The position numbers and the translations under genes were made by a program. Positions 1 through 12,600 of a stretch of 64,000 nucleotides of DNA are shown piece after piece (the first letter of the stretch is position 1; each line of letters starts with the position of its first letter). Source of the stretch: Pocillopora damicornis (lineage: Eukaryota); assembly GCF_003704095.1 (NCBI RefSeq), contig NW_020847344.1, positions 1 through 64,000 on the forward strand, in the 5' to 3' direction. A model generated the notes under the pieces. It was not told the origin of the DNA, ran no database searches, and worked only from the letters and a program-made list of their open reading frames with translations.

Positions 1-3000
1 ATAAAGAAGGATCAACCAAACCACAAACGAGTGTTAGAGAAATCAATTCTAACATATTATCGTGGAAAAAGTGTGAACGTTTTGTTCAGTATTAATAAAG
101 TCATGAATATTCCCGAAAACCGCAGATTTGAAACATGATGCTTTCGTTTTTTTTTTTATTGAAAATAGCGATTTATATGTTTTAGCATTAATCAATTTAC
201 TTTCTCTGAATTTCCTCTTCTTTTAGAGGGGGGGAGGGGGAGGGGGGAGGCCTACTTCTCTGAGTAGACGTTGATTGTTACCAACTGAGGGGCTTGTTAC
301 CAACTCTTTGCTTAAAAATTTCACCTGTGAGTCGTTCTGAGAGGATTTCATCTCTGAGGTTGGTTATCGTTAAAAGTGCAGCTTGTTATCAACCTTTATA
401 CGGCTTAAACGTGTTTCAAGTCTCATTATTTTAACCACTAGAGTCCTTGAAGAATTTTTAAGACTGCTAAACCAGTTGCCAGGTTTTCAAATGTGTTTAC
501 TCTCTAATCCGTTTCAACTAATTTCACACCAACTGACAATTTGAAATATTAATATTTAATTCAGTATTTGTATATTTAAAAATCTATACGAGAGAGAGAA
601 CGGCTTTGGAGACTATTATAATTTTACAGCTTCTACTGTGACCTCCAACCTTCACTTATCTGATCGAATTTGTTTATTTCAGTTTCACGCGTGCTGGATG
701 TTTGCACTTACAACATAGGTAACTGAGGTAGTATTTGAAACCGCAGGTAGAAAGTGTAAGCTCGCTCAACAGCACTCTGCAAACATGCCAAAATGTTAAA
801 GTAGCACAATAGCATTTGTATGGATATGAACTGTAGCATTCTTAACCCAAAAATCTGAACTATGTTTTACTTAACACAAACTTGCCTCAAACACTCACTT
901 GTTTGTTGCTTTGAATCTAGCGAGTTTTCCTGGTAACTTTAACGGCCGGTTAGCTCTTTTTCAGTTCCCCTGCAATGCCCTCCACATAATGATAATTCTA
1001 ATTATAGTAATATTTATAATGATTATAATAATGGTTATTTTCTTTCTTTATCGTGGGTAGCTCTTAGTATTTACATGTTACCCTCCGAAAAAAGACAAAA
1101 CAAAATGGAACAAAAAAATAATCAATTATTGGTTTAAGGTCTTTTCGCACTAAAAACTAAACGAATACTGTCTGAATGAGTCAGTTTACTCCTGGAAATA
1201 TTAAATATTCTAGTCTGTTTCGTGTGTTCCTCGAGTGAACAGAGGCGAATATGAGAAACTTTTCACAGAAGTAGCTTGACGGCATACTCTTTAATGCCTT
1301 AAAGACTATTGTTTCTCAATCACTTGTTAGCTATATCGCCCCTGGTTTGGCTGCGTGAATCTTATTAGTCAAAATTTTAACGCGTTGTAAAGTTCTATAA
1401 CTTATTTAGGCACGGATTGAATTTTCAGCATCAATTTGGCCATCATTCTCCGAAATTTTTTTCGTTGTTCGGTCGTCAATTTATGCGAATTAATGATAGT
1501 AAATATAAAATATAAATAAATGTAACAAATATATAATAGATATGAAATTTATAAATCTTGTCTTCAAACCTCTTCCTTCGTCTGCTGTTATTTTGTTATT
1601 ACGCATAGTGCTCCGGCTAATGCTTTAAAAGTTAACAAACTACTGGTCATTTAAGCAAACTGCGGCTTAGCGTCGGTTGTACGGGGAAGATTGAGTTTGT
1701 GGTGAATTGAAATGAAACTACAGTATGTGCGCTTGGATTCTGTGTTGGATTTGTGGCCGCCCGGTCATTTTGAGCTTGGATTTTTCGCTTCTCGGATCAG
1801 GCGTTCGGAAATGGAGTGTTCAGCCTTCGGCTTTTCTTATGTACGTTGAAAACCTCGAAATGAACAACTCGCTCAAATGGGCTCTTTTCATCAAAGTAAG
1901 CGGTCAGATAACAAGCAATACGCTGTGGAAGCGAGGTGAGGTATTTTTTTTGAGAATTTGACGTATTTTTTTATTCCTTAGAGCGCTCGTAAATATTCCC
2001 ATACAAACTCTTATAATTCCGCCATGACCGTTATTGCGTAAGATGATCATCTCACAGCTGGAGCTTGGGCCGCCTGTGCATAAACTGAACAATTTTTGAG
2101 TGAGTAAATGGTAGTTGAAATAGAGGTGACGCAAATTTAAGAGAGATGCCTCAGCGAAACATTTTCATTTCTGCAACGATAAAGGTGATTTAAAAGGCTT
2201 CCAAACAAACTTTGAAACATTATTTTTACAAGTATCTGTCACAATCTGACACCTGTCAATTAGAGAGCGCGCAAGAAAAAAAAGGCGTAGGAACATTTGA
2301 AAACCAACAGAGCTAGTTTGGCAAGGACTGTCACGACAATGTTTTCTTCAAAATCAGTCAATGATCTAACGGAAAGTATTATTCACTCTCATCGACCATT
2401 CATTCATGTACGAAGATTTACCTCTGTTCATTAAGTAAACGGCGAGGAAAGTAATTGTGAGTAAATTCAATTTTTTTTATTTTGAATTTGTGAGAGTTTG
2501 CTCGTTTGTTTGCTGTAATGGCGTGTTTAACTCTGGTCTTTCCTTCACAAAAACTAAATTCGAACGGCGCACTCCAACTAGACACAAGGGAATTTATTGC
2601 GGCCTTTTCTCAAAAAATTCCTTCAATTTCTGTTGTGCAATTTACGGTACAAATGTCCAAATTGAACGGAATTGGAAAGACTCACCAGGAGCATATATTT
2701 GTTGTAGAACTTAAATGCTCGAGAAAATTCAGATATTAAATGAATGAAAGTTCCATCGTTCAGTTTAACTGTAACCAAATACCTCACGTGTCAACTTTCT
2801 GGGTACTTTTTGTGAACGATTATGATTAATTGCAGACGGTTTTTAGGCCGTTTGTCAACCAACGTAATGACACCATTATTTATACAAATTCATTCTGAAA
2901 CCAATATTTTTCTGTCAACCAAAGTGATTTGATAGAGAGAAAAGAGAGGACTCATAAGTTGTTTATCGGCTTGAGGTAGTGACCGACGTGTTTGCTTAAA

Positions 3001-4176
3001 AATACTGCCCAGCCGGAAAACGAGGTATATTTATGAAAAATGACAACGAAAGTTGGGATGTACTCGGCGACTCACGAAAGCGTTACCGTGGCCCGTGGGC
3101 AGAGATAGGAAAATACTGACCGGGTAAAGAACCAATCAGATTGCAAGATTCGTTACTGTGCCCTCTAAAAAAACAATAAAAAGAGATATTTAAAGTTCTC
3201 ATCACCAATAAATTAAGGCACACCATGAGGTAGCTCTAAAGAGCCTCTGGTTACTAAACAGAGTTTTAAAGATATTGTCATGTTATTATTATGTTATGTT
3301 ATGTAAGGAACATTCCTCGCTGTCATATCGATCACATCGACCGTAACTGACGTCACGCGGCCTCTTGCCTTTGTCTTACCCAGCCTGCCCACACCATTTT
3401 TGATCCAGGATGGCGACTGCATGATCCAAGGGTATTCATGGATCCCGTAATCCTTAATGTGACACGCTTTCGATTGAAAATTCTTTAACCATAGAGGTTG
3501 CAGCCTCTCGCGTCTGCTGAATATAAGTATTATCACTAAAGTTGGACAAATCACCTGAATATTTCGAACTCAAATCAGATCATTGAAGCGAAGAGAGTTG
3601 AGTAATATAAATCCATGTTTTTTCTTAGGGTTATATTTATGTACTTTACTATTTCACCTAAAGCTGTATCGTCAACGATTGCTCATCGAAGTGGTGGTGA
3701 ATATTGATGGATATTTACCAAGTCAGGAAGCGGCGTGGTAAATATCCACCCTTAGATAAATAATTATTTCGTATTTTCTTAGTATATACCACACAGAAGC
3801 CAAAAAAATTAGATTATTTTTGTCAATATACCAAAATATGGTCGGAAATTAAATTTATGATGTGTGAAAAGCACTATTCACCTGGGCAAAGTTTCCGCAC
3901 AGCCCCATCATTATGCATCCATATATGGGGCTTTATTATTCAGTGTATCACCAATAAGATTTGCATGTATAACAAAATGTGGGGCTGTGCGGAAATTTTT
4001 TCTTCACCTGATATATACAAAATGGGGTCATGCATGTGGAAGTCCTGCTCAACACATTCTTACTCTTAAAGCTGAGTGAATTTTGTTGTCTCACACTGAT
4101 TGTCAACTTTTTTTCATAGAAACTTTAACATTACCTTGTCCAATTTCCAAAAAATTGTACAGTTTTGGAGTATAAA

Positions 4177-7100
4177 ATGAGCACTTTGCCAACTCTGGAT
4201 AGTCGAAAAACCACCTATATCAGTGATCAGGATAATTGTGGGGAAGAGGACATTTCTGTTGTCACATACAACATTCTTGCAGATTTTTACGTTCAAAGTG
4301 CATTGAAAAAGGGCAGGTATAAGAATTGCCCTGAAGAATATGTTACACCAAAACAAGACAGGAGCTGTCCACGACACAAGCTACTTATGAGAGAGGTATG
4401 AAAAAAGTTCGTACAGGCAGTGTGAGAAGCTTGAGAAGCTGTTTATCAGATGCATTATGCATCTATCTTGTCAACAAAGTATGAGGGCTGTAATAGTAAC
4501 ATATCAGCCTTAGGTCTCCACAGGTAAGTTGTGCTTGATCTTTACCAGAAAAATGGTAATGGAGGGGGAGAGGGGGAAGGGAGGGGGAAGATAATTTTTA
4601 AGTATGATACTTAGCAAGCCTGAGGTAAAAGAAATTTATTTCATCACCAGAAAGTTTGCATAATTGATCAAATCAGCAAAGAACTTCTTTGATAGGTGAT
4701 CAATTCCTTTATTCTCATGACCTAAATGTTTGATTCATCATTGAGGAAAAAAATTAGATGCTAGTCAGCCCTAAAGGTTAAAAGGTTTATTAACCCTTTA
4801 ACTCCCAGATCAAATTTGTTATTCTCCTCACTGTCAGCCATACAGTTCTTATGATGTTAGTTCAGAGAATTTAGTATTGGATCAACTAATTATCCCCAAA
4901 TTGATATTTTTCTTTATTCTCATCACTTATCTGGTTGATATTTTATTGGTGTTGTTAGGAGAAATTCTGTCTTGGTCACTCATGACAGTAAAAGGGTTAA
5001 TAAAGAATATTGGATTATTTACATGATTTTTTTCATGTTTTTCAGCTTCAGTGGTTAAATGGAGACATTGTCTGTCTACAAGAAGTGGACCCAGCCTACT
5101 TTGCAGGAATCCTTGAAGAAGTTATGTTGTCCTTAGGGTATAAGGGACTGTTTATGCAGAAGTCTCCCTGCACAGGTCGACAGGAGGGAGTAGCACTGTT
5201 CTTCAAAAAGGACAAGTTTGAACTAGAACAGTCAAAAACATTAGTTATCAATGACATTGCATCAGATGCCTCTTTAGAGGCTGAGTGTCAAAAATTTGGA
5301 GAAGTTGCGATATTTGCAGCAGTAAGGCATAAAATTACCAATGTGGTGCTAGTGACAGGTAAGATATTGAGCGTTGTTGGTTTTAAAGACATGGACTTCT
5401 CTCTCAACACTTTGATTCCCATGAGTGACCATAACAGAATTTCTCCTTCTAATATTAGCACAATGGCAAGCAGACAAGTGACAAGATTAAAGGAAAATAT
5501 CAAATAGGAATTATCAACTGATCCAAAACCAAATTCTCTGAACTAACACATTAGGAATTGTATGGCAGACAGTAAGGAGAATTTCTAGTGAGATTTTGAG
5601 AGTGAAAGGGCTCATTTATTCGAGTTGATTATAAGACTTGCAGGAAATATCTTTTTGGGACAATTGCATTTTGTTCATAGGCCAAACACTTTACTTTCAC
5701 AGTGCCTCTGTCTATCCAACAGGGAGTGTAAATGTGTAATGGCAAATTTTCAAAGAAACCTGACAAAATGCCAGGGATCAACCTGAAATAGACTAGGTAC
5801 CTAACCAAGACTTGAAGCATTATTCACACTTTCTCAGTCTCCAGAAACTAGGAGATGCTCAAGAAGATGTGCTGGCCAATGTCACATCACCTGCTTTATG
5901 CATGAGGTCACACTGTACAGTGGATGGTCTCCCAAGTTAACCCTGTAACTCCCAAGATCTGATTGTTATTTCCCCCCTCTTGTTGCTACCCATTTCATTG
6001 TAAAATTGGTTACAAAAATTTAGTGTTAGATCAAGATAACAACTTCTAATCGATAAGTTTTAGTATTCTCATGGATATTGTAAGAGTAGTTACATGGTAA
6101 TTATCTTAATAGGTTTATTTTCTTCCTGTTCAAGCTACCACTCACATTTTATGGAAAGATCTCCTTGAACCTGTCACGCAAATCTGTGAAGTGTCACTTG
6201 TCACACAAGCCCTTCATGATATGGTCACGTCACTGAGGTCACAAGGAAAGCGTGTGGCCTATATCCTGTGTGGAGATTTTAATATTGAACCTCACTGTCC
6301 TCCTTACAGTCTCCTAACCACTGGTCGTCTCAGCAAAAGTGAATTCTGCAAACTCCAAACTGTTGATTACTTGCGATTCTCGGCAGATATTCCAAAGCCA
6401 GAGCAGGTACCATTCTTTATGCCTTAAATGGTATAAAGATGTTAAGTGGTGGGCAGTCAGGTGAAATTTTCCATCATTGGACAATTTTGTGTAATGAATC
6501 AGATAAAGAAAGATTTCTGTTACGTTCTGCTTCCATCTCTAGGTTCTTCCTGAACAGATTGCACTTTTAAACAAAGCCAAGAACCATCTCCATTGTCCAC
6601 TGACACCTCTGCAGAGTGCCTACAAGGTGGTGTTGGTACGTAGGGGGTCTTGGTCTCTGGTCATACTTTCTTGAGAATTTTTCTTTTTTTGGTATCAGTC
6701 TTATCAAATGAATATATTAGAGGAGTTTGAGCCTTTCCTAAACTTTTAATTGGTGAACGAGGCTTCGGACGAAGCTCAAAGCGTAAAGTCTGGGTTATCA
6801 TAGTGCCCAGTCTACTGACTGAACATCTCGAACAGCCCAGCACTAGCCATTATGAAATCTCTTTTATGGTCAGCTTGAATTAACAAAGGTCGAATTAACA
6901 CCAGGGTTATAAGGTTGTCAAGAATGTTATGATCGCAAGAAAAGGAAATATTTTAATTACTTCCAATTCGTTTTTCCTAAACGTTATTTTAAGCATTTCG
7001 TAAAATTGATTGTAATATCCGTAATAATTCCTTTATTTTTTAGGGTTCTGAGCCTGAATGCACAGGTTTTGAGGATGATGCGAGTCGCTTGTGGACTCTT

Positions 7101-7253
7101 GACTACATTTGGTTTGATTCCGAAAATTTGCAAGTTACATCAGTTCTGGAAACCTTACCTGCGTCAGCAATCGCGGCGTACAGAGGTTTTCCTAATGAGT
7201 ATTTTTCATCAGATCACTTTTCTTTGAAGGCGAGTTTCAAGCTAATGTGTTAA
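4177..7253 (+). CDS. EEP-superfamily phosphodiesterase/deadenylase of the CCR4/nocturnin/ANGEL/PDE12 family, 5 coding exons, 368 aa
   Basis: Exons 4177-4395, 5046-5358, 6135-6406, 6543-6635, 7044-7253 join in frame through GT-AG introns. EEP motifs TYNILA, CLQEVD, THILW, CGDFN, LDYIW and SSDH are present in order. The subfamily cannot be resolved by eye. An acceptor at 4161-4162 implies an upstream exon. Confidence 0.9.
4790..5000. mobile_element. ~210-bp MITE with TTAA-CCCTTT...AAAGGG-TTAA ends (piggyBac-like non-autonomous element)
   Basis: Terminal inverted repeats flanked by TTAA. A near-identical copy lies at 32590-32799; diverged or partial relatives lie at ~4690-4785, 5400-5610, 5938-6090, 13180-13345, 30050-30200, 58820-59000 and 60020-60219. 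Confidence 0.75.
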
Positions 7254-9687
7254 TAATGAAAACAGCCTGCTTCGACGCTGTCATCTGAATGAAAATCAAT
7301 TTTCATCATCTTTTCCTTTTTGAAATTGCACACTGTCGCTTAGCGACGGTGTACAATTGGTCGTTTAGCATTATTGCAATTTGTCGTTTGGCATTATCAG
7401 ATAATTTTTTTAATCCTGCAGTATTGAAAATTGTGAACGTTTTTTACTAGTGTAGATCATACATTAGCGTAATCCTCAATTTCTCAACAAGGGAAAAATA
7501 ATAGGAGCTCCAACAAAGCCTACTTTTTCGAGTGTCAAATTTATAATTTCTCGAGCTGGAAAGAGGTTCATTAGACCCGAATGTCTTACGAAGACAAGGC
7601 GCAGTTTCTGAACAAAAAAAAATAAAACAAAGAATGCTTATGGTAACGAGATGGTGGCGGAACAATACATTTAATAAACTGAACAATAACTGAGCCCCTG
7701 TATTTTAAAACTTTGAGCTTTTTGTGGCCGTTCTGTGTAATACGATATCCCGAAATCGCCTGATTTTCCTAACGTCTGAGAATGGGAAACCCGATGGCAA
7801 ATTGGGCACATTTCTTCTTCGAACTTAATGCCGTGTAGTGTATTGAGTGACTGTAGCAACAAATTACCTTACCAACAATATTTTACTTGAAAATCTAAGA
7901 AAATCGATATTTCATTGATTCCACGCATGGGTCAACATTCGCCGCGTGACCATGACCGTGGTAATGTCACGAAAGCATATATGTCTTGACTAACTAACAT
8001 TTGCTTGGAGATTGGGACATAGTATTCACGCTTTAAGTTGGTTACACTTACCTAAACGTAGACAACTTTTAAAATTAGGTCATAATTTCCTTTAAGAGGA
8101 GATGAAGTGTCTTTGAATCATTAGGGTCAATTTGAAGAGATAAATTTATTGGCTGTCTAATCTGCGGTCAGACGAGCACACGCCCTTTGTGGTATTAGTT
8201 CAGCATGTGGGCTCTACTTAATTAATTGTTCGCTCTTTCACCAATTAACGCGCTGAAAATATTGTAACAAAATTAAATTCAGGAATAGAAGTCTGTGATG
8301 TTGTTTAGAAGTGAACCTCCGCATGTCCGTGATAACTTATTCACGCTGGAAAGTGAGACAGCAGACGTTTTTAATGCTTGAGGAAAATATGGAACAAGTC
8401 GTCTTGTTTTCTTCTCCAATTTGATGTTATTTACAGACTTGAATTAATGTTGTTTATACCCACTGCACCAAAATCGAGCCAAAACTAGACAGTAATACTG
8501 AAATGAGAGCGTGAAAACTGGGTACTCGACATCTGTAACGTCCACCTTCCCAGCTTTTAAATAACCCAGAAGATTTGATTTATATATCTACGCAGTTCTT
8601 GGAGCTGAACGCCAGTCAAAGATTCACCCCAATAGGAAGTAAGTTCATTATTATTTCTGGCTTACGAACAGCTTTATGTCACCCACGAGAGAAAACATTC
8701 TTTTTAATAGTGCGCTGGAGAGAAATAGATACTTTGTAGGCGTACTGCGAATGAAGGCGTTTTGCTTTTTCCCTTAACTGAATCATGAGCTGTGCCAGTT
8801 ACAAAAACATGTACATGAAGGCCACCGACTCCATGCTCACGTCATTTTACTATCTCATGTTGAGCAAGTCATGGGTGACTAACGTGATTAGCATTCATGA
8901 CTAGGATGATCTCACCCTTTGTTTACAGTGCAATTTTCTTTACCAATCCTTGATTTATCTAAAACAGATTTTGACAAAAAATGTCAAATGAGTGGTTCAT
9001 AGAACAAATGTTGAAATTATTAGAGAAAACAGGAAATTGGATTTTGAGGAATTCGCCCTTTTCGATGACGATATGACCTGCATGGCCTCGTTTTGAGACG
9101 TTTTGGTCTTCTGGAACATTAAATAAATTATATACCTTTCATTCTTAGCAGAAATGTTGGTCTCCTGTAGAATACACAGCTGGTGGCGTTACGTTATACT
9201 TTGGTAACCTCCGCTTATAGCAAGTTCTTGGACAGGTCACGCTCTTCTGTTTGTCACCAAAGACCGGAAATTCCTCCAACTTGCCGTTTTGTGAGTTGTG
9301 GTGTCCTAAAAGAATTTCATTGATAATTATCAGTAGATTTTTTGTGTTTTCATCAAAGTAACCCATCCTATTTATTATTGAGATACTCAAAGTGGTTTGA
9401 TTATTTTTGAAGACGTTAGACATCTAGAAATGTGAAAAATTTTCTGCTTCCATTTTCACAAGGTGGGGCGACTGGAAACGAAAACTGTTCTCAAATATCA
9501 GTTAGAGATAGGAAAATGAAAGGCGTTTGCACACGATTTCCTGACAGCAGCCGCGAAACTCAACAGACAAAACCGGATTAATGGGCACGGCCAATGGTGT
9601 GGGAATCATGTGCGGTTTCTGACGGATTTTACAACCGGTTTTCTCACAATGGTGCTCCAGTCTTCACTTGTCCTCTACCCGATCAAA

Positions 9688-12600
9688 ATGTCTCAGAAAT
9701 TCGTTAATCTCTCGCTGAGATTACTTGTATTTGCACTTATTCTTGTGGTGGAAAGCAGAAGAAGTACTTTCAATATTACACGATACACAGAAGGTGATCT
9801 TTTTCAAAACATAAACTCTTCCAGATCTTGTAATGAGAGTGGTGCAAGATGCGTCCTCGATGGAGAAAACTCGCCATTTTGCGGGTTCAATTGTTGTTAT
9901 TGTAACTGCGAGAGAGAGAAACCAACCTATCTTCAAAGCAATGGGACGTGTCGCTCTGACGAGCAACTTATGTCCATTTTGAAAGCTCAAAGTGTTATTC
10001 AAGGTAAGTCATCAGTGTACGTGGAGAATCTATTTCAAGTCTCGACAAGTTGTATTTTATCGACACGGCACGAGCGGGTCATGTTGTCAGTGTTGTCGGA
10101 ATCTCGAGCGGTTCGACTCCTTCGCTCGGTTCCGTGGATCCTGCTGCATTCGCCTGCTATTATTTTTAAAGACCTTTGTTTTTATTTCGTCTGATCTGTG
10201 ATTTGCTTCTTCGAAGTACCAGTATTTGCATTCAACCACAGTCTCTATTTTGCTCTATACATATGGAGCACACATGGCGACAAACACGACAGACTGAGAC
10301 GTTAAGAGGCGATGATAGGATCCGATAAAAGTCATGATCACATCTTCAGTTGCCACATCGCTGTTCATAGTCTACGCTGGTTTTCCGATCATGGCGAATT
10401 TTTTCGCTAATGTCTCAAACAGCTGATTGCAAATATTTGTTACACGTCGAAATCAGCAACGCCTAATTGTGTTTTTATCTGTTTTGCTTAAAAAAGCACT
10501 TGGAGTGTTTTTTGACCCATGTTTTGTATTAGGAGCGCTTAAGACAAGATTTTGCTATCAATTGTTTTGGAAAGCGATCAGATTTGTCGTAGTAAGTCTG
10601 TATAGTTATAAAGCTTCTTATAACGCTACCACGGGTTACTTATTTAACTCTGTTGCTTATAGCGAGGAAATCGAAAAGTTTACTCTAGAGAACAATGGTG
10701 AAAGTTAAACTGGTATCAAGGTAATATACACCTATGCACAGCGCATATTCGATCGAAACTTCGACAACGTTTTCGTGATGGACTATGGGAGGGAAATGAA
10801 TGAAACTTTGATGGCTGGAGACGTCGCTCCAAGGTCATTTATCAAGTCTATTTACTCAACCACAGATTTTTATCGCTATTGGGGTTTGATTGACACGTTT
10901 TATAAAAGTTTAGCTTAAAAAGGCAGAAGGAATTGTGTGATTCATCAAAACGTGGAGCTGTTTTGTAGGTTTTCGGAAAAATCGAATCTTCAATTGATTA
11001 AGCCGGTTGTAGGATATCATACTGCGGAAACGCTGGCGGAAAATTGATATACCAGTATTCTCATTATTTACGGTTTATGTGCAAGTCGTAATCTCCTTGT
11101 AATTCGTAGCGTCGGAAATGCGGGATACAATGGGAAATGTTAAAGATTTTACACATTTGGGTGAAGAACTGAGTCCTCCGCTGTAGAAATGTGATTTTTG
11201 TTTTCGGAATGCGATGGAAAAGTGTTCCGGAAAAAACTTCTTTCCCAGGCTCCTCTCTTTCTTTCTCTACTTTGAAAGCTCTCGAGAAAGTTATTTTATT
11301 AGGGGAGGAAGAGAATGCACTTTGGGAAAGAGTTTGTTAAGACGTGTCCTATGCATTGTGGTGCCATAGCGTAGTGTGGATCAAACACCCCTTTTAAAAA
11401 AACGTATAAAAAAACTTTTTTAAAGTTGGGGAACGTTTTAATAAAGCTCAGCACTGACTGGACCTTCGCTCGTGCCTAGCTGGAGTATTTTTGTTCATTC
11501 GTCTCCAATGCGATAGGGGCGCATTTAAAGACTGTTTTAAAGCTTGAGAGCGCCTTAGAGAGTTTGGCGCTGATCGAAGCATGACCAGTGTGAGGAATTA
11601 ATCTATAATACCTTTGCCTGTTAGGTTGTGAATACCGTGCTGTTGTGGGCGACAGTTATCGCCAATGTCACCGTGAACTTCTCGCAACTCTTAACACAAG
11701 ACATCCTGGGAACAGAAGCGTTTATTTGTGTCCATGGAGCCAGAAACCTACTGTTGCCCTTCTACATTTTAAACTTACCAAGGAATTGTCGAGATGCGAG
11801 ATACTACCGAAGGAATCGCTTTATCTTGATGGTAGCTGGGAAAACTTTTTATCTAATGACAAACCTCTTTCGACACTATCTGTCGAAATTCATCCAGATC
11901 CTGACTATGATGAGAACAAGCTATTTCTCAAAGTAAGTTCAATGCAACTTTTCACACTATATTAATGCCATAGGGAATTTTGAAAACCCCTTTATTTTCT
12001 GTCAGAAAAGGTGAACGTGCTACGTTTATCAGGTTCGAAAAAGTGCTTAGGATAGTAGTTTTGTTGTTTAATAGGCTGCTATGTTCCTGTTGTGAGAAAA
12101 GGAAGACTGAGAGAGTCGTTGGTATTTTGCGGAAGAACAGTTCAATATGCTTGACAGCAAACCTTCTCCCTAACCATGAGAAAAAATTGAATCTAAGAAA
12201 AGCATCTATCAAGGGATGGTTGACGGTTTTGTTCTTTTCCATTGCATTTCTATGTCCTTGTTCTTTTGGATTGGTCGAAATGATAAGTGGCCGCTTCGTT
12301 ATGGTAGAACAACCTTTTTTCGTTCAGTCGTTAGCGAGAGAGAATTGCTGTAGGTTTAGGATGTTAATGTACTTTGCCGCGACAATCTTACTTATCTCAA
12401 CATCTTTTTTTATTTGACATTTGTGAAGTGGACTAATGACATTGGAAAGCAGTACGATGGACGCATTTTCTCGCTCAAGTTGCGGTGTCATGGAGACGAA
12501 GGAAACGTTTCAAATTCTTGTTTGTTTTTCAAGAAGAATGGATCTCGTAAGTATGATGCTCTTCATATCTCCAATGTCGCAGAGCTACATAGCTATCAAT

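Noticed and set aside
1-4100. Short ORFs (1725-1961, 2457-2739, 3294-3554, 3857-4079)
   Set aside because: No recognisable motifs or consistent exon chain; the region looks intergenic and repeat-derived.
11980-12417. 145-aa hydrophobic ORF
   Set aside because: Lies within intron 2 of receptor paralog 1, starts at TTG and has no counterpart in paralog 2.
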